Notes under the pieces: generated by a model
Databases searched by the model: none
What the model saw: only the letters and a program-made list of their open reading frames with translations
What the model was told of the DNA's origin: nothing
In this document: positions 1-10,220 of the stretch, in pieces
How the letters are laid out: the number at the start of each line of letters is the position of its first letter
Numbering within the stretch: the first letter of the stretch is position 1
Position numbers and translations under genes: made by a program
DNA from: an uncultured Chthonomonadaceae bacterium
GTDB taxonomy: Bacteria; Armatimonadota; Chthonomonadetes; Chthonomonadales; Chthonomonadaceae
NCBI GenBank assembly: GCA_963817895.1
Contig: CAWFQB010000012.1
Location: forward strand, 12,223-76,222
Reading direction: 5' to 3'
DNA: 64,000 nucleotides

Positions 1-195
1 AATGTGTACGGCCTGAAGTCGTTCAAGGACGCCAAAGGCAACACCCACGAGTGGGCGCGCGACCTTGCGGGCGCATTAATCGCCAGACAAAAACCCGATG
101 GCGCGTGGTTCAACACCAATTCTCGCTACTGGGAAGACCAACCCGCCCTCGTCACCAGTTACACGCTGATCGCGCTGGCGTATTGTTTAAAATAA
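1..195 (+). CDS. Prenyltransferase/squalene oxidase repeat protein, C-terminal part (5' end outside window)
   Basis: 'LIARQKPDGAW' QW-like repeat and 'YWEDQPALVTSYTLIALAY' terminus; directly upstream of a MoxR/DUF58/vWA operon, the usual context for this family. Confidence 0.65.
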   Translation, partial: NVYGLKSFKDAKGNTHEWARDLAGALIARQKPDGAWFNTNSRYWEDQPALVTSYTLIALAYCLK

Positions 196-225
196 CTTTG
201 AAATAATCCTGAAAGGTTCTTCTGA

Positions 226-1290
226 ATGACCGTTCCGACTATTGCGACCAACAACTCTGTTTCTCCCGGCGTAGCGCCCTCCGCTCCTGACGATATGGCG
301 CGTTTGCAGAAATTGCGGGATGCGTTTGATTCCATGCGCCGCGAAATCGGGCAGGTGGTTATCGGGCAGGATGCGGTTGTGGAAGAATTGCTGATGGCCG
401 TGTTCGCGCGGGGGCATTGTATCCTCGTCGGCGTTCCCGGACTGGCGAAAACCCTGCTTGTCAGCACGGTTTCGCGCGTTCTGAACCTGTCCTACAAGCG
501 TATTCAGTTTACGCCCGACCTGATGCCCGCCGACATTACAGGCACGGAAATCATACAGGAAGACCAGGTGACGCGGGAGCGCAAGTTCGTGTTTTTGCGC
601 GGGCCGCTGTTCGCGAATATGATTCTGGCGGACGAAATCAACCGAACCCCGCCCAAAACGCAGGCCGCGTTGCTGGAAGCCATGCAGGAGCATAAAATCA
701 CGGTTGGCGGACAGTCGCACAAACTGGCCGAGCCGTTCTTTGTCCTCGCCACGCAAAACCCCATCGAGCAGGAAGGCACGTATCCTCTGCCGGAAGCGCA
801 ATTAGACCGCTTCATGTTTATGATTATCGTGGGCTACCCATCGGCGGAAGAGGAAGTGGCGATTATGAAGGCCACAACGGGCGGCATGAACGCCGAACTC
901 CGCGCCACGCTGACGGGTGAAGACATTATCGCTTTGCAGGACATTGTGCGGCGTATTCCCGTTGGGGATCATGTTTTCCGCTACGCCGCGCAGCTTGTGC
1001 GTCAAACACGCCCCAATGAACCCGAAGCGCCCGCGTTCATCAAGGACAACATCAGTTGGGGAGCCGGTCCGCGCGCCTCGCAGTATCTCGTGTTGGGAGC
1101 CAAAGCCCGCGCCGCGCTGTACGGACGCAACTACGCCACAACCGAAGACGTTGCCGCCGTCGCCCTGCCCGTCCTGCGCCACCGCATCGTGACCAACTTC
1201 AACGCGGAAGCGGAAGGTTTGACGACAGACAAAATCGTGCAGAAATTGATTGCCTCAACCCCGCGCCCAACCGAACCCATCCGAAAGTAA
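226..1290 (+). CDS. moxR: MoxR-family AAA+ ATPase
   Basis: Walker [21 protein letters not shown], Walker [30 protein letters not shown]. Confidence 0.95.
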   Translation: MTVPTIATNNSVSPGVAPSAPDDMARLQKLRDAFDSMRREIGQVVIGQDAVVEELLMAVFARGHCILVGVPGLAKTLLVSTVSRVLNLSYKRIQFTPDLMPADITGTEIIQEDQVTRERKFVFLRGPLFANMILADEINRTPPKTQAALLEAMQEHKITVGGQSHKLAEPFFVLATQNPIEQEGTYPLPEAQLDRFMFMIIVGYPSAEEEVAIMKATTGGMNAELRATLTGEDIIALQDIVRRIPVGDHVFRYAAQLVRQTRPNEPEAPAFIKDNISWGAGPRASQYLVLGAKARAALYGRNYATTEDVAAVALPVLRHRIVTNFNAEAEGLTTDKIVQKLIASTPRPTEPIRK

Positions 1291-1327
1291 CCACGTAGGG
1301 CAGGAGCGCGGGACAACAGGTATCGTC

Positions 1328-2284
1328 ATGCAGCAACACCAACAAAGGCCGGAACGAGAAGCATATCAAGCCAATCGTTGCAACAAAATGGATGCAAACG
1401 GCTTGCCGCAAGGGGCGCAGGCCGCTTCCGCCTTTACGCCTGTGTCACTTGATACCATTCTGCGGAACATGAACAGTCGGAAAGCGAAGGAGCAGCATGA
1501 GGCTGTTCGAGCAGTCGGGTTGTTGATAACTTCCGCGCCCGATCAACTGCTGTTGCTTGCGAAAATGGAAGCCCAAAACTATCAGCGTCATGCCGCCTCG
1601 GGCGCAATCATCAGCCTCGCAATCGTTGCGCTGGTGGGCATGGCATGCGTCCTGTTAAGTAAGAGCAACATCTGGGCAATAGATAACGCTTTATACATTT
1701 TTGCGGGAACGTGCATCGCGCTGGCCTGCTGGTTAAGTTTGTATCTGCCGCGCCGGGCGCGTCGTAATATGATTGATGTGTATCATTATCTGGATGATCC
1801 GCGCTTTATCGGCCTTGCGCTCAACATGCTTGTACCGGATGGCATTACGGAGTCGCGCCAATCGCCAATGTACACCGGTTACGTTCAAGCGAGTATGGTA
1901 GGTGCGCTGACCAAAATGCTGAAGCGCGTGAATGTGAGTCATAAAACCCTGCTCACATGCGAACAGATGCAAATTTTACTGTCCGTGCTACAGCATTCCC
2001 GAACGGACAGGGCATTAACACTGGCTATTCTCCGCGCCTTACAGCAAATCGGCGATGAGAGCGCTATTCCCATTGTGGAGCGCATAGCCCGCTCGACGTT
2101 CGACGTTCATTCCGAGGCCGAAGAGTGTCTGGAGTACCTGCGTGGTCAAGCAGATCAGAAACGTCAGGCGCAAACCCTGTTGCGGGCTTCCGACAGCGTG
2201 GTAAGTACCCGACCGGAACACATGCTGCGCCCCGCCAATCCCGAAACCGACGCCGCGCCGGAGCAACTGTTGCGCCCCTCATAA
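1328..2284 (+). CDS. Two-TM, HEAT-like helical protein with triple LLR(A/P) C-terminal tail (paralog 1)
   Basis: Two hydrophobic segments, LQQIGDESAIP, tail TLLRAS..MLRPA..PEQLLRPS; start uncertain (1328 or 1388). Confidence 0.8.
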   Translation: MQQHQQRPEREAYQANRCNKMDANGLPQGAQAASAFTPVSLDTILRNMNSRKAKEQHEAVRAVGLLITSAPDQLLLLAKMEAQNYQRHAASGAIISLAIVALVGMACVLLSKSNIWAIDNALYIFAGTCIALACWLSLYLPRRARRNMIDVYHYLDDPRFIGLALNMLVPDGITESRQSPMYTGYVQASMVGALTKMLKRVNVSHKTLLTCEQMQILLSVLQHSRTDRALTLAILRALQQIGDESAIPIVERIARSTFDVHSEAEECLEYLRGQADQKRQAQTLLRASDSVVSTRPEHMLRPANPETDAAPEQLLRPS

Positions 2285-2301
2285 GGTAGGTAAAACAACA
2301 C

Positions 2302-2412
2302 CGTAGGGACACAACTTGTTGTGTCCTCCTCCGGCAACGTTGTGTTCTGCGGCGTAGAGGCAGGCGCGGACACAACCGCGCCAATGCGGACACAACAAGT
2401 TGTGTCCCTACG
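2302..2412. repeat. REP-like GTAG doublet (25-bp perfect inverted repeat)
   Basis: CGTAGGGACACAACTTGTTGTGTCC (2302-2326) and its exact reverse complement (2388-2412); each arm is GTAG plus an internal palindrome. Confidence 0.85.
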
Positions 2413-2451
2413 AACGTTTTTCAAAGTAGTCAAAGGGTCGTTAAGAGATAA

Positions 2452-3333
2452 ATGGCGGAAGTTGTTAGAAATAGCGCGGAAACAACGCTCAAGGGGCTGT
2501 ACAGCCGAAACCCTGCGATTGCGGAAGCGGCCCGTCATCAGGCGGAGCGGCTGACTACAGAAGAGTTTTTGCGGCTGCTGCACTTGTTCGAGTCGGAATC
2601 GTCACGGACGCAGATAGGTAAGGGAACACGCGCCTTTGTCTTTCTGTTTTTGCTCTGTATGTGCGGAGCATCGGGATACGCGACATGGATAGATCAACAT
2701 TATTGGGGCATGGGGTTTTTCATGACGGCGTTCTGGACGGCGTTGGCGGTCAGTTGTTTCTTCTGGCGTGTTCGCTATACCAACGAGGACAGCGAACAAG
2801 TTGAAAGCTGTCTGCGGGGCGTACTGAAAACAATGCAATCGCCCGCCCTCGCGCAGGCGGCAGCGGTTTTGCTCGACAAACGCCAGCAGCAGGAGCTTGC
2901 CAACCACGTTTCGTATGGCAATATCGCGATTATCCATGCCGCATACGCGGCTTTGCTGCTCAACCTGCCAACGCTGCCAACGGCGCAGGGATGGAACCCG
3001 TCAGGCCGTCAGGCGTTGTATGATTTGTTGCAGGACGATACCTATGAACACAAACTCGCGTCGCATATTCTGGATGCCGCCGCTCGTTGGCGCGATGTGG
3101 ATGCTCTGCCACAAGTAAGTAAGCTGGCGAAGCGCGAAGATCGTCCTATGCCCCTGCGCCGCCACGCGAACGAGGTAATGACTCTTCTGCTGGCGGAACG
3201 GCAGAAGCGGCAGTTGGGCGACAGCTTGCTGCGGGCATCCGAGGCTCCGCAGGGGCAAAGCAGGCGGGAACTGCTGCGTCCCGCAACAGGCCATGCGGAA
3301 ACGCCGCCCGAACAACTGTTGCGGCCCTCATAA
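2452..3333 (+). CDS. Two-TM, HEAT-like protein with triple LLR(A/P) tail (paralog 2)
   Basis: Two TM segments, ILDAAARWRDVDALPQ, tail SLLRAS..ELLRPA..PEQLLRPS. Confidence 0.85.
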   Translation: MAEVVRNSAETTLKGLYSRNPAIAEAARHQAERLTTEEFLRLLHLFESESSRTQIGKGTRAFVFLFLLCMCGASGYATWIDQHYWGMGFFMTAFWTALAVSCFFWRVRYTNEDSEQVESCLRGVLKTMQSPALAQAAAVLLDKRQQQELANHVSYGNIAIIHAAYAALLLNLPTLPTAQGWNPSGRQALYDLLQDDTYEHKLASHILDAAARWRDVDALPQVSKLAKREDRPMPLRRHANEVMTLLLAERQKRQLGDSLLRASEAPQGQSRRELLRPATGHAETPPEQLLRPS

Positions 3334-3349
3334 GACAGGTAAGAACAAA

Positions 3350-4234
3350 ATGGCACAGGTCACCCAAAACAGCGCGGAAGCGATACTCGAAGGACTGTAC
3401 AGCCAAAATCCTGCGGCTGTGGAAACCGTACGCCATCACGTAAAACATTTGTCTGCCGAGGAGTTGTTACATCTGCTGAGTTTGCGACACTCGGAAGAGG
3501 TACGTACACAGATGGGAAAGCGAACGCGAACCTTTGGCGTTGCGTTTTTTCTCTGTATAAGTGGATTAACCGGGAGCTTGATACGGGCAGATCAAAGTTT
3601 TTTGGCTCTTGCACTTTTAGCGACGCCATTATGGATGGTATTGGCGGTAGTTTTTTTCTTCTGGCGAAGTCGCTATACCAAAGAAGATAGCGAACGAGTT
3701 GGGTACAGTATACGCTGGGTGCTGAGGGATACCCATTCATCAGCCCTTGCTCAAGTCGCTGCGTTGCAGCGCAACGAACGCCAACAGTATGAACTCGTTA
3801 ATCGAGCTTCGTATGGCGCTATTGGATTTCTGCATGAGGCACCTCAGATATTGCTACGCATCCTGCCTACACTGGAAACGGCAAATGGATGGAATGCAAA
3901 GAGCCGCCACGCCTTGTTTGAATTGATCCTGGACTACTACGAAGAACCCAAACTTGTTTTCTGCATTCTGGATGCCGCCGCCCGCTGGCGCGATGTGGAC
4001 GCCCTGCCGCAACTAAGTGAGTTGACGAGGAGAGAAAATTGTCCACAGCCCCTGCGCCGTCACGCGAACGAGGTCATGACTCTGCTGATTGCCGAACGGC
4101 AGAAACGACAATTGGGCGAAGGATTGCTGCGGGCGTCCCAGCGTCCTCAAGGGCAAAGCAGGCAGGAACTGCTGCGTCCGGCTACCCGTCACGCGGAGAC
4201 GCCGCCTGAACAACTGCTGCGCCCGCAAACCTGA
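3350..4234 (+). CDS. Two-TM, HEAT-like protein with triple LLR(A/P) tail (paralog 3)
   Basis: Colinear with paralog 2 (MAQVTQNSAE vs MAEVVRNSAE; same ILDAAARWRDVDALPQ); tail GLLRAS..ELLRPA..PEQLLRPQT; start at ATG 3350. Confidence 0.85.
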   Translation: MAQVTQNSAEAILEGLYSQNPAAVETVRHHVKHLSAEELLHLLSLRHSEEVRTQMGKRTRTFGVAFFLCISGLTGSLIRADQSFLALALLATPLWMVLAVVFFFWRSRYTKEDSERVGYSIRWVLRDTHSSALAQVAALQRNERQQYELVNRASYGAIGFLHEAPQILLRILPTLETANGWNAKSRHALFELILDYYEEPKLVFCILDAAARWRDVDALPQLSELTRRENCPQPLRRHANEVMTLLIAERQKRQLGEGLLRASQRPQGQSRQELLRPATRHAETPPEQLLRPQT

Positions 4235-4264
4235 CAAACCGCTATTCGCATCGGGAGCGTCAAC

Positions 4265-5164
4265 ATGCAGGCTGAAATCGTATCCCCTCAACTGGATAAG
4301 GTGGAATGTGAGCGGCACTTACGCGGGCTGAACAGCTATAAACGCGAAACCCGCGAAACCGCCCTGCGGCAGATAGCCGCGCTGACGCCGGAACATCTGC
4401 TGCAACTGATGCGGGAAGGGTCGCGTTTTTACAGAAAGCGCTACCGTCTGAGTTCCTGTGTCGAACGGGCTTTGGTGATTTCGTGTTTTCCCATTGGCAT
4501 GATACTGTATGCTCTCTCTGCCGATGGAGTAGTCTGGTTGGCGCTATTGATAGTGGCGTTCATCGCAATCGGCTGGCGTTTTCTGACCGTACCCTGGCGT
4601 ATGTACCGCTCTCTCGTTGGCGTTCTGGAACACACCGAGGATTTGAAGCTGATTGGACCGATGATTACGATGTATGTTCGCCCGGAAGGGCTGAGATACA
4701 AGCTGGATGCGCTGGGAAATATGCTGTGCCGCCTGTTGCCGCAACTGCGTTTCGATCATGCCGGTCTGCTGACTGTCGAACAGAAGCAGGATATGCTTCG
4801 TCTGCTTCCTGTAAGTATTGGCTCTAAAGACGGGAGGTTAAACGTAAGCGCCTTAGACTTGAATATTGCCCTGCAAACCTTGAAAGCATTGGAACAAATT
4901 GGGGATGAAAGCGCTATTCCCGCCGTGAAACGGCTAACATGGGATTCTTTCAATAATAACAAAACTGTACAGAAAGCCGCCGAGCAGTGTCTCAAACATT
5001 TGCGCTCACATCCCGGTCAGCATAAGGAGATGCAAACCCTGTTACGCGCATCCGCCGTCACAGAATCCGCCTCCGATACTCTGCTGCGCCCTGCATCCGG
5101 CAACACCGACACCGCCCCTGAACAACTGCTGCGCCCGACAGCGCAAGGCAAAGTCGGAACCTGA
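4265..5164 (+). CDS. Two-TM, HEAT-like protein with triple LLR(A/P) tail (paralog 4)
   Basis: LEQIGDESAIP closely matches paralog 1; tail TLLRAS..TLLRPA..PEQLLRPT. Confidence 0.85.
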   Translation: MQAEIVSPQLDKVECERHLRGLNSYKRETRETALRQIAALTPEHLLQLMREGSRFYRKRYRLSSCVERALVISCFPIGMILYALSADGVVWLALLIVAFIAIGWRFLTVPWRMYRSLVGVLEHTEDLKLIGPMITMYVRPEGLRYKLDALGNMLCRLLPQLRFDHAGLLTVEQKQDMLRLLPVSIGSKDGRLNVSALDLNIALQTLKALEQIGDESAIPAVKRLTWDSFNNNKTVQKAAEQCLKHLRSHPGQHKEMQTLLRASAVTESASDTLLRPASGNTDTAPEQLLRPTAQGKVGT

Positions 5165-5192
5165 CAACCTAAGAACCTATTTACCTGGACTT

Positions 5193-6101
5193 ATGGAAAC
5201 ACAAACAAAACAACTGGCGGACCCGCAAACGCTGGCCCGCATCGCCAAACTGGAACTACGCGCCCGCGCCGTTGTGGAGGGCGTCATATCCGGTATGCAC
5301 AAAAGCCCGCACCGTGGCAGCAGCGTGGAATTCGCGCAGCACCGCGATTATGTGCCGGGGGACGAAATACGGCATATTGACTGGAAAGTGTACGCCCGCT
5401 CGGACCGCTACCAGATCAAGCAGTACGAAGAGGAGACGAACCTCAAAGCCACGCTTGTCGTAGATACCAGTACCAGCATGGATTACAAGGGCATCAATTC
5501 CGCCCTGTCCAAGCGCGAGTACGCCGCCATTGTCGCTGCCGCCATCGCGTCCCTGCTGATGCGGCAGCGCGACACGGTTGGCCTGACGACATTTGATGAT
5601 AATATCCGAACGTTCATTCCCCCGGCAGGCACGAGCGCGCACATGAAACTGCTGTTGGAAATGCTGGAAAAGCGGGACACCGCGCCCAAAACCATGATCG
5701 GCAACACGTTTCACGACCTAGCCGAGCGCGTGAAACGTCGGGGAATGTTGGTTGTTCTCAGCGACCTGTTCACCGATCCTGACGAGATGTTGCGCGGCCT
5801 GCAGCACTTCCGGCACCGCAAGCATGAAGTGATTATCTTCCACGTCTTAGACCGGGATGAACTGACGTTTCCCTTCAAGGATTCCGCCGTGTTTCAGGGC
5901 ATGGAGGGCGAAGAGCCGCTGATGGCTGAACCCAACGCCCTGCGCCGCGAGTACCTGAACGCTTTCGGCGCGTATGTCGAAAAACTGAAAAAAGGCTGTC
6001 GCGAACTCAATATGGACTACCAGCAGCTTGTCACCGATCAGCCCGTAGACACGTCCATCTCGCGCTATCTCTCGTCACGTTCCAATCAAGGCAAACGATA
6101 A
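5193..6101 (+). CDS. DUF58 domain protein (MoxR-associated, vWA-like)
   Basis: GSSVEFAQHRDYVPGDEIRHIDWKVYAR, VDTSTSM. Confidence 0.92.
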   Translation: METQTKQLADPQTLARIAKLELRARAVVEGVISGMHKSPHRGSSVEFAQHRDYVPGDEIRHIDWKVYARSDRYQIKQYEEETNLKATLVVDTSTSMDYKGINSALSKREYAAIVAAAIASLLMRQRDTVGLTTFDDNIRTFIPPAGTSAHMKLLLEMLEKRDTAPKTMIGNTFHDLAERVKRRGMLVVLSDLFTDPDEMLRGLQHFRHRKHEVIIFHVLDRDELTFPFKDSAVFQGMEGEEPLMAEPNALRREYLNAFGAYVEKLKKGCRELNMDYQQLVTDQPVDTSISRYLSSRSNQGKR

Positions 6102-6112
6102 CCTTATTAGCT

Positions 6113-8288
6113 ATGCCACCCTTTCTAAACCCAATCTTTCTTTACGCCGTCGCGTTTGCGGGCGTGCCACTGCTTATTCACCTGATACGGCGGCGCAAAC
6201 TCAAGGTCGTCCAGTGGGCAGCGATGGAGTTTTTGCGCCAGTCGCAGAAGAAGCAGCGGCGGCGGATGCGAATCGAAGAGCTGATTCTGCTCACGCTGCG
6301 GACGCTGATTGTGATACTCGCCTGTCTCGCGTTCGCGCGTCCTGTCACGCACACGCTGGGCGCAGCCCTTCTGTCACAGAATCAGCGCGTGTACGCCGTG
6401 CTTGTCGTGGACAATTCCTATAGCATGGGGCAACGGGGGCGGGACGGCAAAAGCAGTCAGGAGCGCGGCGCATACCTATGCGTCGCAAATCCTGACCCGC
6501 ATCCTCAAACCCGGCGACTCGGCCTCCCTCGTGCTGCTGTCCGACAAGCCGGAAGCGCTTATCAACTCGCCCAGTTTTGACCGCGATTCGATTTTGCGGC
6601 GTTTGCGGACGGTTGCGCTTGTGGATCGCCCGACCGATTATCTGGCAACCGCGCAGCTTGTCAACAAACTGCTGAAAGCGTCCAATGCGCCCGTGAAAGA
6701 GGTGTACTGGCTCAGTGACGATCAGGCGACCGCGTGGGCGACGAGCAAGCGCGATAGCGCGCGTCCCGTGTGGCAGGAGTTGGGCCGGCAGGCGCGGCTG
6801 ACGTGGGTATCCGTTGGCGCGCCGAACGGGGAGCGGGATAACCTTGTCGTGGAAGCCCCCACTCTGAGCCGGGAACTGGTCACACCACAACTGCCCGTTC
6901 GTATCGAAGCGAAAATAGTGAATTACGGAGCAAAACCCCGCAACGATGTTCTGGTCAACCTGAAAATAGATGGCAAGCAATCCGACAGCAAGCGCGTGTC
7001 CATTGCGCCGGGCGGAAACGTCCTCGTCCGGTTCCCGCAAACGCCCTTTCTGACAACCGGAACGCGCGTCGGGCGGATTGAACTGGCGGACGCTTCGCAT
7101 GTAGACGGACTGGAGCGCGACAACGGCGCGGACTTTGTTGTCCGCTGCCGGGACAGAATCAGAGTTCTGGTACAGGACATGCACCCGTCCGGCGACCCGA
7201 CCAAAAGCGACAGTTTTTACCTGCTGAACGCGATGGCCCCCAACGGGGCGCAGGAGAGTCTGGCCGCGAAACTGCGCGAAGGGCCGGGATTGGGCGGCGT
7301 GACCCTGCGCGACTACGACGTGGTGATTCTGACGGGCGTAAGCGGCCTGTCTACGGGAGATAAACGCGCCCTGACGGAGTACGTGAAAGCGGGCGGCGGC
7401 CTGATGCTGTTTCCGGGTAATGGCACGGAAGCGAGCCGCGTCAATGCCGATCTTGGCGGTGAGGGGGGCTTGCTGCCCGCTCGCCTGACAGCGACGAAAA
7501 CCCTGAGCGACAGCAACGCGATGACGCTCAACCCCGGTTCCGTTACGCATCCCGCTCTGACCATGTTCAAGGACACGTCGAGCCTGAATGTGGCGAGCGT
7601 GCGGTTTACGCGGTATTTCGGTCTGGAACCCGCGCTGGAAGCCAACGATCCAAACGCCGTACAGGTGATGATGCGCTTCAGCAACGGCGACCCCGCCTTT
7701 GTGGAGCGGCATGTGGAACTGGGGCGCGTGATCCTCGCGGCAAGCAGCGCGGGCGCGTCGTGGAACCAGTTGCCGCTCAAGCCGAGCTACGTTCCCTTAG
7801 TGTATCAACTGCTGTTTTATCTGGGACAGGGCGCGGCCTCGCACCGCAATCTCGCGCAGGAAGAACCGCTGTTTCTCGCCCTGCCGCTTTCCGATGCCAA
7901 CAAGCCCGTGCGCGTGACCACGCCGGACGGACGGACAACCACGCAGAACAGCGCGTTGGATGCGCGGGGCGTCACATTCCGCTACGGCGCAACGCAGCAG
8001 TCGGGCGTGTACAAAATCGCCGTGCAGGGCAGCCCAACGCAGGACGCTTTTGCCGTCAGCCTGCCCACTGCCGAGTCCGACCTGACCGCAACCGATCCCG
8101 CGCAGGCCGCGACACAGGCCGGTGTTGTCGGCAACCGTTTGAGCGTGGCGAATACGGCGCAGCAATTGCAAACGTCGGTATCTCGCGCCCGCTACGGCGC
8201 AGAAATCTGGCGAACCCTGCTGATGACGGTAATCGGCCTGCTGTTCCTCGAAATCGTCCTCGCGCAACAGTTCGGACGAAGAGGATAG
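6113..8288 (+). CDS. BatA N-terminal / vWA domain membrane protein, split by one frameshift near 6465
   Basis: BatA N-terminus (PLLIHL..WAAMEFL..LAFARP) and VDNSYSM in ORF 6113-6580; continues in ORF 6402-8288 to C-terminal TM 'EIWRTLL..LEIVLAQ'. Confidence 0.85.
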
Positions 8289-8294
8289 GAGGAA

Positions 8295-8404
8295 TTTCAC
8301 CACCAAGACGCCAAGAAGAACTGAATAAAGAGGAAAGAACATAGTTGGGTACTCTTTTTCTCCTCTTCGTATTTCTTGGTGTGCTTGGCGTCTTGGTGGT
8401 GAAA
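8295..8404. repeat. Intergenic inverted repeat element (21-bp perfect arms)
   Basis: TTTCACCACCAAGACGCCAAG (8295-8315) / CTTGGCGTCTTGGTGGTGAAA (8384-8404); related half copy near 16065-16093. Confidence 0.8.
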
Positions 8405-8411
8405 ACACATT

Positions 8412-8747
8412 ATGGATACAGAAAAAAATGGTGGGTTTGCGGAGTTGACGACGGAAGAGGTACTGGCGCGGCGGAAGGCGAATCCCGATTTGCTGTTGCT
8501 GGATGTGCGCTGGCCGGGAGAGTGGGAAACGCATCACATTCCGGGCGCGACGCTGCTGCCGATGCCCGAAGTGTTGCCGAGCCTGCCGAAGATGGACCCG
8601 CAACGCGAAACCATTGTAGTTTGCGAACATGGCGTCCGCAGCCATATAGTCGCGGAATATCTGGCATCACAGGCCGATTTTACCAACGTCAGCCACCTGC
8701 GCGGCGGCATGAGCGAGTGGACAGGCGAAGTAGAAACCGGCCCATAG
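8412..8747 (+). CDS. Rhodanese-like domain protein
   Basis: LLDVRWPGEWETHHIPGA, CEHGVRS active-site loop, LRGGMSEW. Confidence 0.9.
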   Translation: MDTEKNGGFAELTTEEVLARRKANPDLLLLDVRWPGEWETHHIPGATLLPMPEVLPSLPKMDPQRETIVVCEHGVRSHIVAEYLASQADFTNVSHLRGGMSEWTGEVETGP

Positions 8748-8848
8748 ATCGAATTGGTACTCATTCTGCAATAGTTTTAAATCCTAATTTACGTGTGTTC
8801 GCGTTCATTCGCGGCTAATTTTGTATTCTGATGTGGGAGGAACGGTAT

Positions 8849-9151
8849 ATGGGGTTTGTGAAAGTGGCGGAAGCGGCAAGCGTGAAGGCAGGCGAGGGGC
8901 GTGTGGTGGACGCGGGCAGCCGGGAACTGGCGATTTTCAACGTCAATGGCGAGTTTTATTGCATTGACAATACCTGTCCTCATGCCGAAGGCCCATTGGG
9001 TGAGGGCTATGTGGATGGCGCGGAAGTGAGCTGTCCCTGGCACGCCTGGCAGTTCAACGTCAAAACCGGCGAAATGGCCTATAACCCGCAAATCTGCGTG
9101 GCAACCTTCCCCTGCAAAGTGGAAGACGGCGCTGTGCTGGTAGACGTGTAA
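8849..9151 (+). CDS. Rieske (2Fe-2S) ferredoxin
   Basis: CPH..CPWH motifs; GGAGG RBS before ATG 8849. Confidence 0.92.
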   Translation: MGFVKVAEAASVKAGEGRVVDAGSRELAIFNVNGEFYCIDNTCPHAEGPLGEGYVDGAEVSCPWHAWQFNVKTGEMAYNPQICVATFPCKVEDGAVLVDV

Positions 9152-9224
9152 CATGCGCGTGGCACATGAAATAGCCGGGGCATAAACGTATTTCACTCCA
9201 GTCCTGTATGCTGCGCCGCAATAT

Positions 9225-10154
9225 ATGTCACACCGCAACACAAATTTTCCTCATCTGCCCGACTCTCTGCGCGAGTGGTTATCTCGTGGCAACACCAATC
9301 AGGATGTTCGCGTCACGCCGCAGTGGGGCGGTATGATAAATACGGCTGCTCGTCTGGAAATGAGCCGGGGCGCAGTGTTTTTCGCGAAGTGGAAGGAGAA
9401 TGCGCCAAAAGGGTTCTTCGCCGCCGAAGCGAATGGATTGGAGCGTCTGCGCGCGGCGCGTATTATTCTGACGCCGGGGGTATATGCGGCTGTGGATTTG
9501 GAAGAAGCAGGCCAAACATCATTCCTTGTGCTGAACTACATCGAAACGTTGCCGCCTTCCGACCCGGCTCAATTTGCGCGGCAATTTGGCAAACTGCTGG
9601 CGCGATTACACCGGAAAACCATTGCGCAGGATGGGATGTGCGGACTGGAAGCAGACAACTATATCGGCGTAGTGCCGCAAATCAACGCGCCCTGCGCCCG
9701 TTGGCCGGACTTCTACCGCGAATGTCGCCTGCTGCCGCAGATCGAACTTGCCCGTCAGAACGGTCATTTGCCGGAGCAACGTGAACACCTGCTAATGACC
9801 GTTGTAGAACGGCTGGACGAACTGCTCAAGGACATGGACGAACCGCCCTGCCTGCTGCATGGCGATTTGTGGCGCGAAAATTTATTATGCGCGAACGATG
9901 AACCCATTCTGATTGACCCCGCAGTTTACTACGGCCCGCGTGAAATGGAAATCGCGTATATGGAGCTATTCAACGGCTTCGCGCCCGACGTTTTGGAAGC
10001 GTACCGCGCCGCCTATCCTCTCGACAGGAGTTATGAACGCCGCCGCCCCCTGCATCAGCTATACCCGCTCCTCAACCACCTCAACCACTTCGGAGAAACC
10101 TACGGCCCAAAGGTAGACCGCGTTTGCCGAGAACTCACAAACGGTCAGGGATAA
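9225..10154 (+). CDS. Fructosamine kinase family protein
   Basis: FAAEANGL, LLHGDLW, IDPAVYYG, LYPLLNHLNHFG. Confidence 0.92.
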   Translation: MSHRNTNFPHLPDSLREWLSRGNTNQDVRVTPQWGGMINTAARLEMSRGAVFFAKWKENAPKGFFAAEANGLERLRAARIILTPGVYAAVDLEEAGQTSFLVLNYIETLPPSDPAQFARQFGKLLARLHRKTIAQDGMCGLEADNYIGVVPQINAPCARWPDFYRECRLLPQIELARQNGHLPEQREHLLMTVVERLDELLKDMDEPPCLLHGDLWRENLLCANDEPILIDPAVYYGPREMEIAYMELFNGFAPDVLEAYRAAYPLDRSYERRRPLHQLYPLLNHLNHFGETYGPKVDRVCRELTNGQG

Positions 10155-10165
10155 ACCGTAAAAAG

Positions 10166-10202
10166 ACAATACCGTTCAGAAGCTGAACGGTATTGTTCTT
10201 TA
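10166..10202. terminator. Bidirectional intrinsic terminator
   Basis: 14-bp stem ACAATACCGTTCAG/CTGAACGGTATTGT flanked by A- and T-runs between convergent genes. Confidence 0.8.
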
Positions 10203-10220
10203 AGCCGATGGCAACAGGAA

